Below are positions 30,952-40,856 of a stretch of DNA of 64,000 nucleotides, one piece after another. The stretch is from positions 295,697 through 359,696 of the forward strand of contig CAVYBU010000002.1 in assembly GCA_963766735.1 (NCBI GenBank), written 5' to 3'. The position numbers were made by a program, and so were the translations under genes. This DNA is from an uncultured Chloroflexia bacterium (GTDB taxonomy: Bacteria; Chloroflexota; Limnocylindria; Limnocylindrales; CSP1-4). Each line of letters opens with the position of its first letter. The first letter of the stretch is position 1. The notes under the pieces were generated by a model that was given only the letters and a program-made list of their open reading frames with translations, was not told where the DNA came from and did not search any database.

Positions 30952-32753
30952 ATGGCAACCATCGTCTACCTCGACGCCGACGACGAGATCACCTCGGCCG
31001 CCACCCGGATCCGGAGCGCGGAGGCAACCCGGGTCGGCCTCGTCCTGCCGTTCGGATCGCGCGTGGCAACGTCACGGATCAACTTCCGGCTCCTCGCCCG
31101 GGAGGCGCAGACCAACGGCAGGCGCCTGGACATCGTCGCGCCCGAGGCCTCGGCCCGTGCGCTTGCGGCGTCTGCCGGGCTCCCCGTCTTCGGATCGGTC
31201 GCCGAGTACGAGGCGGCGCTCGATGCCGGGCTCGACGACCGGGATGCCGGCGTGGCTGACGCGGCGGCTGCGGGCGCCGCGGTTGCCGCGACCACGACGA
31301 AGGCGGCGGAGTCGATCCCTCTCGAGGCTGCAGCCCCGATCGCGGCTGTGGCCGTCACGGCCGCGGCACTCTCTCCGGACCAGGGACCACCAGCCGATCC
31401 GGCCGACCAGGCGGATCTCGACGAGTTCGTCGCGGCGGGCCGCCAATTGCCCGTGGCCCGCCCCCGGCGCCGCCGGCCGGGTACCGCCGCCATCGTGGCG
31501 TCCATGATCCTCGTGCTGGCGATCGTCGTGAGCGCCGCCGCCGCGCTGCTCGTGTTGCCGGCCGCCGACATCACCGTCACGCCCCGGATCGAGCCGGTTG
31601 GTCCGATCGCCATCACCGTCACCGCTGACCCGCAGGTCGCGGAGGTCGATCCCGCCGCGCTCGTCATCCCGGCGCAGACGCTGGATGTCCCGGTGGAGGT
31701 CTCGGGCGACTTCCCGGCCACCGGCAAGCGCGTCGAGGAGACCAAGGCGAAGGGGACGGTGCGCTGGACCAACTGCGATCCGACGGCCTCGTACACCATT
31801 CCGAAGGGCACGCATCGTCCGGACGACCGACGGCACGCCTTCGTGATCGACGGAGCAGGTGCTCCTCTCCGTGGCGCGCTGTCGGGCTCGCCCCGGAACC
31901 TGACGTCCAGTGCACCGACCAACGATGTCGACGTGACCGCCGTCGAAGCGGGCAAGGACGGCAACGTCGCCGCGGGTGCGATCAAGGTTGTGCCCGCCAG
32001 GTACAACCGCAAGGTCATCAGCGTGAACAACCGGGCCGCGACGAGTGGCGGCACGCGAACGGAGTTCGCCCGCGTGTCGCAGAAGGACGTGGATGCGGCG
32101 CTGGTCGCACTGGAGGCGGAGCTCGAGACCGAGCTCGCGGCCGGGCTGCAGGACCCGGACCTCGCCCCGCAGGGCACCACGGTCTTTCCCGAGACGGCCG
32201 TTGCGGGTGAGTCCGCGCCAACCGTGGATCCCGCGACGCTGGTGGGTCAGGAGGTCGAGACGTTCACGCTTGGCCTGACCGCCACCGGCACCGTGCTGGC
32301 CGTGGACGAGGGGCCCATCGAGGCCATCGCCGAGGCACAGCTGGCCGCAGCCGTCGACGATGGCTACAGCTCGTGGAGGGATCCACCCGGGTCGAGGTGG
32401 GCGAGGGGACCGTCACCGAGGGCCTCATCGACTTCCCCGTCACCGGCTCGGCGCGGCAGGTGCGCCCGATCGACGCAGCGGCGCTGGAGCTGGCGGTCCT
32501 GGGCCTGACCAAGGCGGACGCCGAAGCGGCCCTGGCGCCGTACGGCGAGGTCGTGGTCGTCCTCTGGCCCGGATGGGTCACGTCGGTGCCCACCCTGGAC
32601 CAGCGTGTGAGGCTGATCGTCGCTGAACCCGTGGATGTCACGCCGCAGCCCACGCCGAAGCCATCGCCCAGCCCCACGCAGGAGCCCGTGGACACCCTCC
32701 AGCCGGATGCCTCCGGAGACGCCCCAGCCAGCGAGCCGGTACCATCCGGCTGA
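30952..32753 (+). CDS. Bitopic membrane protein with a baseplate-J/gp47-like extracellular region (frameshifted near 32368, further indels at about 31810-31920)
   Basis: N-terminal IVYLDADDEITS domain, one TM, then ATGK..KAKGTV.WTN..IPKGT..VTAVEAGKDGNVAAGAI..V.N..ATSGG. Continues in the 32373..32753 frame. Confidence 0.75.
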
Positions 32754-32808
32754 TGCCGACCCCCGTCTCCACGGCCACCACGCACCGGCCGGCCGACGCG
32801 TCCTGCTC

Positions 32809-33324
32809 ATGACCGGCCGTCTGCTCGGCGTGGATCTGGGCTCAAGGCGCATCGGGCTCGCCGTCGCGGACGCGGGCATCGCGATCGCCCGACCCCTGGC
32901 CACCGTGAATCGTGCTGCTTCGCTCGATGCCGATGCGGAGTCGATCGGGCGTGTCTGCCGCGAGCAGGGCATCGGCGAGATCGTGGTCGGGCTGCCGGTG
33001 GAGGCAAGCGGCGTGGAGGGCGAGATGGCCGCTGGTGCCCGCGAGTGGGCGGCCGCGATGGGGGACCGGCTGGGCCTGCCGGTCGTCATGCGCGATGAGC
33101 GGCTGTCCTCGTTCGTGGCGGAGGGCCGGTTGGGCCGCATGCCCAGGGGGCGATCGGGCGGGCCGCCGTCGCGGACGCAGAGGAATGCCTTCCGGGCGCG
33201 TATCGATCGCGAGGCCGCGAGCGTCATCCTCCAGGACGAGCTGGACGCGCGCCATCTCCCGGCGCCGTCAGGCGAGGCGGCCCCCGTGCGGGCCGTCGGT
33301 GATGACCGGCAGGAGGACCGATGA
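32809..33324 (+). CDS. ruvX: YqgF/RuvX pre-16S rRNA nuclease
   Basis: LLGVDLGSRRIGLAVAD, IVVGLP, DERLSS, IDREAASVILQ. Confidence 0.93.
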   Translation: MTGRLLGVDLGSRRIGLAVADAGIAIARPLATVNRAASLDADAESIGRVCREQGIGEIVVGLPVEASGVEGEMAAGAREWAAAMGDRLGLPVVMRDERLSSFVAEGRLGRMPRGRSGGPPSRTQRNAFRARIDREAASVILQDELDARHLPAPSGEAAPVRAVGDDRQEDR

Positions 33325-34709
33325 GCGTGCGAGGCGGCCGCGGCCCCCGGGATCCGATGGCGGGACCCGAGCCGACGGCCGGACGACGCAGGAACGGATA
33401 CCACCGCACCGGGCGGTATGGCCGCGGGCCGGGCGATCAGCGTCGCTTCGAGGCGTACGGTGACAGCGGCGGCGGGCTCGGAGGCCTGATCCGCTTCGTC
33501 CTGTTCCTCGTCATCCTCGCGGCCGTGGTTCTGCTGGTCATGGCGACCGTTGCGCGCCCCATGGTCCGGATGGTGGTGGTGCCGTTCGCCGAGGGCAATC
33601 CCGGTGCCCTGAAGATCGGGTTGGTGGAGGAGCTTGTGCGCGAGGACCTGGGGGCCACGCTGACCCAGCCCGCTGGCGCCGACCCGACCGAGGTCGTGTT
33701 CACGGTGGCAGACGGTGACACGCCGGAGACGCTCGCCCCGAAGCTGGCCGACGCAGGCGTGATCGCCAGCGAGCGGGCGTTCCTGTTCGAGGCGCGCATG
33801 AACGAGCTTGGTGCGGACCTGAAGGCCGGGCGCTTCGCCCTTGCCCTCGACCTGACGCCGGGAGAGGTCGTGGACGGCCTGGTCAACAACCGGATCGTGA
33901 TCGCGACCGTGCCCGTGACCTTCCGGGAGGGTCTCCGGATCGAGCAGATGGCGGCCAAGCTGCAGACGGTGGAGGGCACGCAGGTTGACGCCAGTGAGTT
34001 CTACGACCTGGTGATGGAACCGCCGGACAGCCTCCTGGGCGACTACCCGTGGCTGCTCGACGTGAAGGTGCGCCCGGAAGGTGCCTCTCTCGAGGGCTTC
34101 CTGTATCCGGCCACCTACACCATCCGTGTGGGGGACGCCACGCCGACGACGGCCGAGGACCTGGTCCGGATGATGCTGGACGCGTTCTACAAGCGTGTCG
34201 GGCCCGATCGCCTGGACGTGCCGGAGTCACGCAAGCTCACCTTCCACGAGGTTCTGACCCTGGCGTCGATCGTGGAGCGCGAGGCCGTGCTGGACGATGA
34301 GCGACCGCTCATCGCGGGCGTCTACCAGAACCGCATCGATCGAGTCCCGAGCGTCAAGCACGGGCTCCTGCAGGCAGACCCGACGGTCATCTACGCCGTG
34401 GACACGGTCAACCTCGGCGAGTACGACCCGACCTGGGTCGAGTACGTGTTCTGGACCGTGCCCGAAGGAGGGTCGCTCAGGGACCAGCCCCTGCCCGAAT
34501 CGCTGGCCGGGTACAACACCTACGTCGTGCGTGGGCTGCCGCCCGGCCCCATCGTCACGCCCAGCCTGGCGTCACTCGACGCGGCGCTCACGCCGGACAC
34601 CAAGAGCGGCTACACCTACTTCGTGGCCATCCCCGAGGGCAAGGGCGCCCACGACTTCTCGAAGTCTCTCGCGGAGCACGAGAAGAAGCTCAAGAAGTAC
34701 GGGTACTAG
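33321..34709 (+). CDS. mltG: Endolytic transglycosylase MltG
   Basis: TM, TFREGLR, LEGFLYPATY, LASIVERE, LQADPTVIY, YNTY..GLPPGPI. Confidence 0.93.
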   Translation: MSVRGGRGPRDPMAGPEPTAGRRRNGYHRTGRYGRGPGDQRRFEAYGDSGGGLGGLIRFVLFLVILAAVVLLVMATVARPMVRMVVVPFAEGNPGALKIGLVEELVREDLGATLTQPAGADPTEVVFTVADGDTPETLAPKLADAGVIASERAFLFEARMNELGADLKAGRFALALDLTPGEVVDGLVNNRIVIATVPVTFREGLRIEQMAAKLQTVEGTQVDASEFYDLVMEPPDSLLGDYPWLLDVKVRPEGASLEGFLYPATYTIRVGDATPTTAEDLVRMMLDAFYKRVGPDRLDVPESRKLTFHEVLTLASIVEREAVLDDERPLIAGVYQNRIDRVPSVKHGLLQADPTVIYAVDTVNLGEYDPTWVEYVFWTVPEGGSLRDQPLPESLAGYNTYVVRGLPPGPIVTPSLASLDAALTPDTKSGYTYFVAIPEGKGAHDFSKSLAEHEKKLKKYGY

Positions 34710-34711
34710 CA

Positions 34712-35937
34712 GTGACTGTCCCGATCCGCGGTCTTCCTGTTCCCGACGACTTCGCGGCTCCGCCCGACGCGGTGACCCGGGCCCGCTGGCTGGAGCGGAT
34801 CGCGACCATCGCCCGACCCGCCTCGCGCGCCTCCGGGAGCGACTGGTCGCGGAGGGCGTCGATGCCTACTTCGGTGTCAAGCGCGAGCACATGCGGTGGC
34901 TGACGGGGTTCTCGCTGGCCGATGGTGAGGAGAAGGTCGCCGGCCACTCCGGCCAGTTCCTCGTGGGGACGGACCGGGTGACCCTGGTCACGGACTCCCG
35001 CTACTCGGTCCAGGCCCGGCGCGAGGCGCCGGACGCCATCGTGGACGAGATCGGCTACGAGCTCGCCGCGGCCTGGCCCCGCTTGCTGGCCGAGGCAGGC
35101 GCCCGGCGGGTGGCCGTCGAGGCCGACGCGGTCTCGCACGGACAGTGGGAGCGCCTGGCGGCTGCGGCCCCGGGTGTCGAGCTGGTGCCCGTCGATGGCT
35201 GGATCGAGGCGATGCGGGCGGAGAAGACTCCGGACGAGATCGAGCGGATCGCGGCGGCGTGTGCGGTGGCGGACCGCGCTCTGGCCACGCTGCTGCCCGA
35301 GATCCGCGCGGGTGTGACGGAGCACGAGCTCGCCCTCAGGCTGGAGTGGCTGATCCGGACCGGCGGCGCGGAGGCCCTGGCGTTCGACGTCGCCTGTCTC
35401 GCCGGACCCGAAGCTGCCCTGCCGCACGGCTCGCCGGGCGGCCGCCCGGTGAGGGACGGTGCCGTGCTGCTGTTCGACTTCGGCGCCCAGGTGGAGGGCT
35501 ATCGCAGCGACATGACGCGGACCCTGTTCGTCGGCCCGCCGGCGGAGCGAGACCTGCGCGTGTACGACCTCGTCCGGCGCTCCCAGGAGGCTGCCATCGA
35601 TCTGCTCGAGGCCCGCGTCGGCGAGGGCTCCATCCCTGACGGGCGAGAGCTCGACACCGTCGCTCGTGGCGTGATCGATCTGGTGGGGACCTGGCCCGCC
35701 TATGGCCACGGCCTGGGCCACGGGATCGGCCTCGCCACGCACGAGGAGCCGCGCCTGTCCCGGTCCGCGCCGGAAACACCGTTGCCCAGCCCCACGGTGT
35801 TCTCCGTGGAGCCCGGCATCTACCTCGAGGGTGAGACCGGGGTCCGGATCGAGGACCTCGTCCACCTGGATGCCTCGCGCGGCCTCGTCGAGCTCCTCAC
35901 GCACTTCCCGAGGGACGTGATCGTCCTCGGGGCCTGA
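34712..35937 (+). CDS. Xaa-Pro aminopeptidase (M24B), frameshift near 34795
   Basis: TDSRY, LPHGSP, DFGA, GYRSDMTRT, HGLGHGIGL..HEEP, SVEPGIY, GVRIED. The N-terminus is in the 34712 frame. Confidence 0.88.
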
Positions 35938-36053
35938 GGATCGGGCCGGGATCTGCCGGTGCCTCTGGTAGCATCCCCGGGCACATCCAATCGTTCGCGC
36001 GGGGAGCGCTGCTTGCCTCCCGACCGCGCCACGCGCCACCGGAGCACCACCCA

Positions 36054-36611
36054 ATGATCAGCACCGGCGAGCTGCGCAAGGGCGTCGTCATCGAGCTTGA
36101 CGGCGAACTCTGGCAGATCCTCGACTACCACCACATCAAGATGGGCCGCGGCTCGGCGCAGGTCCGGATCAAGTTCCGGAACGTCAAGAAGGGCAGCACC
36201 GTCGAGAAGTCGTTCCAGGCTGGTGAGCGCTGGCCGCGGGCGCAGATCGACAGCAGGCCGGTGCAGTTCCTGTACCGGGACGGCGACGACCTGCACTTCA
36301 TGGAGATGGAGTCCTACGAGCAGTTCAGCCTCCGGGCCGAGACGCTCGACGACGTCGTTGGCTTCCTGAAGGAGGGCATGACCCTCGATCGGACCAGCTA
36401 CCAGGGCGAGACGCTGGGAGTGGAGCTCCCCGTGACCGTGGACCTCCTGGTGGTCGAGGCGGAGCCGGGCTTCGCCGGCGACACTGCCCAGGGCGCGCGC
36501 AAGAACGCGACCCTGGAGACCGGCCTCGTGGTGACGGTGCCGCTGTTCGTGAACGAGGGCGACACCCTCCGGATCGACACCCGCACCGGCGAGTACCAGA
36601 CACGGCTCTAG
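36054..36611 (+). CDS. efp: Elongation factor P
   Basis: HHIKMGRGSA, QFLYRDGD, PGFAGDTA, VPLFVNEGD.LRIDTRTGEY. Confidence 0.97.
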   Translation: MISTGELRKGVVIELDGELWQILDYHHIKMGRGSAQVRIKFRNVKKGSTVEKSFQAGERWPRAQIDSRPVQFLYRDGDDLHFMEMESYEQFSLRAETLDDVVGFLKEGMTLDRTSYQGETLGVELPVTVDLLVVEAEPGFAGDTAQGARKNATLETGLVVTVPLFVNEGDTLRIDTRTGEYQTRL

Positions 36612-36645
36612 GCCCGGGCCGAGTGGCGGGGAGAGTGGTGGCCGG

Positions 36646-38079
36646 ATGAGCCGGACCCCGGAGCCGCCCGACTGGCTCCTGCCGGCGTGGGACGCCGTCG
36701 GGGACGCGCCGGACGATCCCCGCGCGGGCCGCGTGACCGCACCTCCGGGCACCTTCGGACTGCGGGTGCGCAGCGTGACCGAGGTGACCCGCGCCATCCG
36801 AGAGCGCGTCCGCTCGGACGATGGTCTCCGCGACCTGTGGGTCGAGGGCGAGATCGGTCGGGTGACCGTGTCCACGGCCGGCCACGCCTACTTCACGCTC
36901 AAGGACGCCCGCTCGCAGCTTCAGTGCGTCTGGTTCCGCGATGATCGGGTGCGTTCGCCATTCCAGCCGCAGACCGGGCTCCAGGTGGTGGCTCACGGGC
37001 GGATGGACCTGTTCGAGCCGCAGGGTGCCCTGCAGCTGTACGTGGAATCGCTCCAGCCGTCTGGCTTCGGGAACCTGGCGGTCCAGTTCGAACAGACGAA
37101 GGCCCGCCTGGCGGCCGAGGGTCTGTTCGACCCGGCCAGGAAGCGGCAGCTGCCCGAGCGCCCGCGGACGGTCGCGGTGGTGACGTCTCCCACCGGGGCC
37201 GTCTGGCGCGACGTGTGCAACGTGCTCGCCCGGCGCTGGCCGCTGGCGCTCGTGGTCCTGGTGGGATGCCAGGTCCAGGGCGAGGGCGCGCCCGCCAGCA
37301 TCGTCGCGGCGCTCCGCCGGCTGGAGCGCTGGATGGAGGAGACCCAGGCGTCGGGGGGCACCACCGAGATCCCGTCGGTGACGATCCTGGCCCGTGGCGG
37401 CGGCTCCCTGGAGGACCTCTGGTCGTTCAACGACGAGCGGGTCGTGCGAGCGATCGTCGGTCATCCGGTCCCCGTGGTCTGCGGCGTTGGGCACGAGACG
37501 GACGTCACGCTGGCGGACTTCGCCGCAGACGTTCGAGCGCCCACGCCGTCCGCCGCGGCGGAGCTGGTGGTTCCGGATCTGGGCGAGACGTCCGCCGCCG
37601 TCGGGGCGCTGGGCCGGCGGGGCGCGGCGGCGGCCACGCGGCGGCTGGCTGCGGCGCGTCGCGACACGGACGCGGAACGCCGAGCCCTGGGCCGCCTCGA
37701 ACCGCAGGCGCAGCTAGCCTCGTTGCGGGAGCGAGCGGGGCTGCTGCTCGACCGTGCTGCACGGGCCGTGGCGGATCGGCTTGCCCAGGACGGGCGCCGC
37801 CTGGAGGTGCTCCGGGCGCGCGGCCCGCGGGTGGTGGAGGCACGGCTGGCCGCAGCATCGGGCGGCCTTGCCTCGGCCGGGGCCTCTCTCGCGGCGCTCG
37901 GGCCGCAGGCAACGCTGGACCGGGGCTACGCGATCGTCAGGGGGGCCCGGGACGGTGCCATCCTTCGCGATCCCGCGTCCGCTCCCTCGGGCACGCCCCT
38001 TGTCATCGCGCTCGCCGCCGGCTCGCTGGCGGCCACGAGCGGGGGCCCGGTGCCTCCGCCGGAGGGAGACCCGTCGTGA
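36646..38079 (+). CDS. xseA: Exodeoxyribonuclease VII large subunit
   Basis: WVEGEI, GHAYFTLKD, VTSPTGA, ARGGGSLEDLWSFNDE, GVGHETD, TLDRGYAIV. Confidence 0.95.
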   Translation: MSRTPEPPDWLLPAWDAVGDAPDDPRAGRVTAPPGTFGLRVRSVTEVTRAIRERVRSDDGLRDLWVEGEIGRVTVSTAGHAYFTLKDARSQLQCVWFRDDRVRSPFQPQTGLQVVAHGRMDLFEPQGALQLYVESLQPSGFGNLAVQFEQTKARLAAEGLFDPARKRQLPERPRTVAVVTSPTGAVWRDVCNVLARRWPLALVVLVGCQVQGEGAPASIVAALRRLERWMEETQASGGTTEIPSVTILARGGGSLEDLWSFNDERVVRAIVGHPVPVVCGVGHETDVTLADFAADVRAPTPSAAAELVVPDLGETSAAVGALGRRGAAAATRRLAAARRDTDAERRALGRLEPQAQLASLRERAGLLLDRAARAVADRLAQDGRRLEVLRARGPRVVEARLAAASGGLASAGASLAALGPQATLDRGYAIVRGARDGAILRDPASAPSGTPLVIALAAGSLAATSGGPVPPPEGDPS

Positions 38080-38234
38080 TCGGCGACCTCGTCGTCTTCG
38101 TCTCGATCGTTGCCCTGGTCGTCGTCGTCGGTATCGTCGTCGGTATGATCGTGGCGGGCCGGATCGACCGGATCACGACCCCGCGCCCTGTCGCACGCGA
38201 CGCCGAGCGGCCCGAGCAGGAGCAGAAGCCGTGA
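38076..38234 (+). CDS. 52-aa single-TM protein
   Basis: GTGA overlaps with xseA and xseB; IGDLVVFVSIVALVVVVGIVVGMIVAG. Confidence 0.65.
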   Translation: MIGDLVVFVSIVALVVVVGIVVGMIVAGRIDRITTPRPVARDAERPEQEQKP

Positions 38235-38503
38235 CCGATGCCGAGGGTCCCTCCACCGGACCGGATCCGGAGACACTGTCCTACGACGACGCGTTCACGG
38301 AGCTGCAGCGGGTCGTCCTGGCCCTGGAGACGGGTGGGGGCTCGCTCGAGGCGACCATCGCCCAGTACGAACGTGCCGTGGCGCTCCAGCGCCGGTGCGA
38401 GCGTCTCCTGGCGGAGGCGGAGCTGCGCGTGCAGCAGCTGATGGCACGCCCGGATGGCACGCTCGGAGCCATCGACGTCGCTCCGGATGATGTCGTCGAG
38501 TAG
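38231..38503 (+). CDS. xseB: Exodeoxyribonuclease VII small subunit
   Basis: LSYDDAFTELQRVV.ALETG..SLE.TI..YER...L...C...L.EAELRV. Confidence 0.92.
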   Translation: MTDAEGPSTGPDPETLSYDDAFTELQRVVLALETGGGSLEATIAQYERAVALQRRCERLLAEAELRVQQLMARPDGTLGAIDVAPDDVVE

Positions 38504-38675
38504 GGGCGCACGCCGTCCCGCCACGGTCTCGGTCACGAGCCATCGTGCTACGATCCGATAGCAAATAACGCGTGCCGATCCGCCGGGTGCTCACCGGTCA
38601 GGATCGGGCAGGCGCATCACCGATCCGCCCGCCCGCCCGTCGAAGGCTGGACGCCAAACCGAGCAGCAGGAGCCA

Positions 38676-40811
38676 GTGGCCGTGCCGATCCTCGACGGAC
38701 TTCAGGACCCCGCGGAGCTCCGCGGCCTGTCGGAGGCGGAGCTGGTCCAGCTTGCGGCGGAGATCCGCGAGACCATCATCCGCACCGTGGCCGTGACCGG
38801 GGGACACCTGGGCTCCTCGCTGGGCGTGGTGGAGATCACCCTGGCCCTTCACCGCCTCCTGGAGTCGCCGCGGGACCACATCGTGTGGGACACGGGGCAC
38901 CAGGCCTATGCGCACAAGCTGCTGACAGGCCGCCTCGACCGCTTCCCGACGCTCCGCCAGATCGACGGCCTTGGCGGCTTCCCGCGCCGCTCGGAGTCGC
39001 CGCACGACGTGATGGACGGCGGACACGCGGGCACGGGCCTGTCCATCGCCCAGGGGCTGGCCACCGCGCGCGACATCCGCCACTCGCTGGAGCGCATCGC
39101 GGTGGTGGTGGGCGATGCCGCGCTGCTGTCCGGGCTCAGCCTCGAGGCCCTCAACGACATCGGGCACCGGCAGACGCAGCTCCTGATCGTCCTGAACGAC
39201 AACGAGATGTCGATCAGCCCGTCGGTGGGCGCCATCTCCAAGTACCTGTCCGAGATCAAGCTCTCCCAGACCTGGCAGCAGAGCAGGACCGCTTTCGACA
39301 CCGTGACCGAGCGGATGCCGGTCTTCGGCCCCCTCGCCGTGGAGCTCTCGCGGCGCTTCAGGCAGTCGGTCGTCACGTTCGCCCAGCCGGGCCAGCTGTT
39401 CGAGGACCTCGGGATCACCTACATCGGCGTGATGCCCGGCCACGACCGCCGCCTGCTGGAGGAGACGTTCCGCCGGGCGATCGCCCTCAACGGGCCCGTG
39501 ATCGTCCACGTCCGGACCCAGAAGGGAAAGGGCTACAAGCCGGCCGAGGCCGACCAGGTCTCGTTCCATGGCGCCGCCCTGCCGCCGATGGCGCTCGCGA
39601 CACCCGCCGACACCCACGACCGGATCGGACGGGGAACCCATGCCAACGGGGACCCGATGACGTCCTCCGCGGCCGGTGGCGCGTCCGTCACGCACTCACG
39701 CGAGGCGGATGAGGGGGCGCCGCCCTCCGCGTCGGTGATGAGCGACCGCCGCTCGCACGCCCCGCCGGCGGACGGCGAGGACGTCACCCCCCCGGCCGCT
39801 GCGCCCGAGGAGAAGGGCGATGCGAAGAAGACGCCCAACTACACGGCATTCTTCGCGCAGGAGCTCCTGGAGCTGGGTGCGGAGGACCGCCGGATCGTCG
39901 GGATCACGGCGGGCATGCCCACAGGCACCGGACTGGCCAAGTTCCAGGCCGCGTATCCGGATCGCTTCATCGACGTCGGCATCGCCGAGCAGCACGCGGT
40001 CACATTGGCATCCGGCCTGGCGCTGGCCGGGATGCGGCCCGTCGTCGCGCTGTACTCGACGTTCCTCCAGCGCGCGTTCGACCAGACCGTGCACGACGTG
40101 TGCCAGAACGACGCCCCGGTAGTGCTCGCGGTGGACCGCGCGGGCCTGGTGGGCGAGGACGGCACCAGCCACCAGGGCATGTTCACGATCCCGGCCCAGC
40201 GGATGCTGCCCAACCTGGTGATCGCGAGCCCCAGGGACGAGCAGCAGCTGCGGTCCCTGCTCCGCACGGCCTTCGCCCAGGACCACCCGTTTGCGCTGCA
40301 CTACCCGCGCGACGCGGGGTTCGGGGTGGCGGAGCGGACGCCGGAGATCATCCCCATCGGCCGGGGCGAGGTGGTCCGGGAGGGCCGGGACCTGCTGTTC
40401 GTCGGCTTCGGGCCGATCACGATGCGGGCCGTCGAGGTCGCGGACGCCCTCGAGGCGCATGGGTGGTCCGTGTGCGTCATCGATGCCCGGTTCGTCAAGC
40501 CGCTCGATCGCCAGCTGATCCTCGACCAGGCCCGGGGCAAGCGCCTCGTCGTGACCTTCGAGGAGAGCGTGGTCACGGGTGGTTTCGGGTCCGGGATCCT
40601 CGAGGCGTTCGAGGAGGCCCGGCTGGCCGACCCCGTGTACCGCGACGTCCCGGTCCGCATCCTCGGGATCCCGGGCGACCGGTTCGTGGATCACGGCGCC
40701 GTCGCGGACCTGCGCCGCCTGATCCGCCTCGACGTCACGGGGCTGACCGCCCAGGTCACCGAGGCACTCGAGCAGCTCGGGTTGACCGCTCCGGCGGCCG
40801 AGCCCGCCTGA
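38676..40811 (+). CDS. dxs: 1-deoxy-D-xylulose-5-phosphate synthase
   Basis: GGHLGSSLGVVE, WDTGHQAYAHK, LNDNEMSI, DVGIAEQHA, YSTFLQRAFDQ, DRAGLVGEDG. Confidence 0.96.
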   Translation: MAVPILDGLQDPAELRGLSEAELVQLAAEIRETIIRTVAVTGGHLGSSLGVVEITLALHRLLESPRDHIVWDTGHQAYAHKLLTGRLDRFPTLRQIDGLGGFPRRSESPHDVMDGGHAGTGLSIAQGLATARDIRHSLERIAVVVGDAALLSGLSLEALNDIGHRQTQLLIVLNDNEMSISPSVGAISKYLSEIKLSQTWQQSRTAFDTVTERMPVFGPLAVELSRRFRQSVVTFAQPGQLFEDLGITYIGVMPGHDRRLLEETFRRAIALNGPVIVHVRTQKGKGYKPAEADQVSFHGAALPPMALATPADTHDRIGRGTHANGDPMTSSAAGGASVTHSREADEGAPPSASVMSDRRSHAPPADGEDVTPPAAAPEEKGDAKKTPNYTAFFAQELLELGAEDRRIVGITAGMPTGTGLAKFQAAYPDRFIDVGIAEQHAVTLASGLALAGMRPVVALYSTFLQRAFDQTVHDVCQNDAPVVLAVDRAGLVGEDGTSHQGMFTIPAQRMLPNLVIASPRDEQQLRSLLRTAFAQDHPFALHYPRDAGFGVAERTPEIIPIGRGEVVREGRDLLFVGFGPITMRAVEVADALEAHGWSVCVIDARFVKPLDRQLILDQARGKRLVVTFEESVVTGGFGSGILEAFEEARLADPVYRDVPVRILGIPGDRFVDHGAVADLRRLIRLDVTGLTAQVTEALEQLGLTAPAAEPA

Positions 40812-40856
40812 CCGGGGCGAAGCGCCCGGTAAGACCGGCTGTGCCACGATAGGGGC

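Noticed and set aside
30952-32753. Prophage or contractile injection system suggested by the baseplate-J-like gene
   Set aside because: No tail, sheath, tube or capsid genes; the protein has a TM segment and sits in a housekeeping operon.
34780-34810. Programmed ribosomal frameshift in the peptidase or tlyA
   Set aside because: No slippery heptamer or stimulatory structure is visible; sequencing indels are the simpler explanation.
38555-38675. TPP riboswitch upstream of dxs
   Set aside because: Lacks the CUGAGA and ACCUGA conserved elements.
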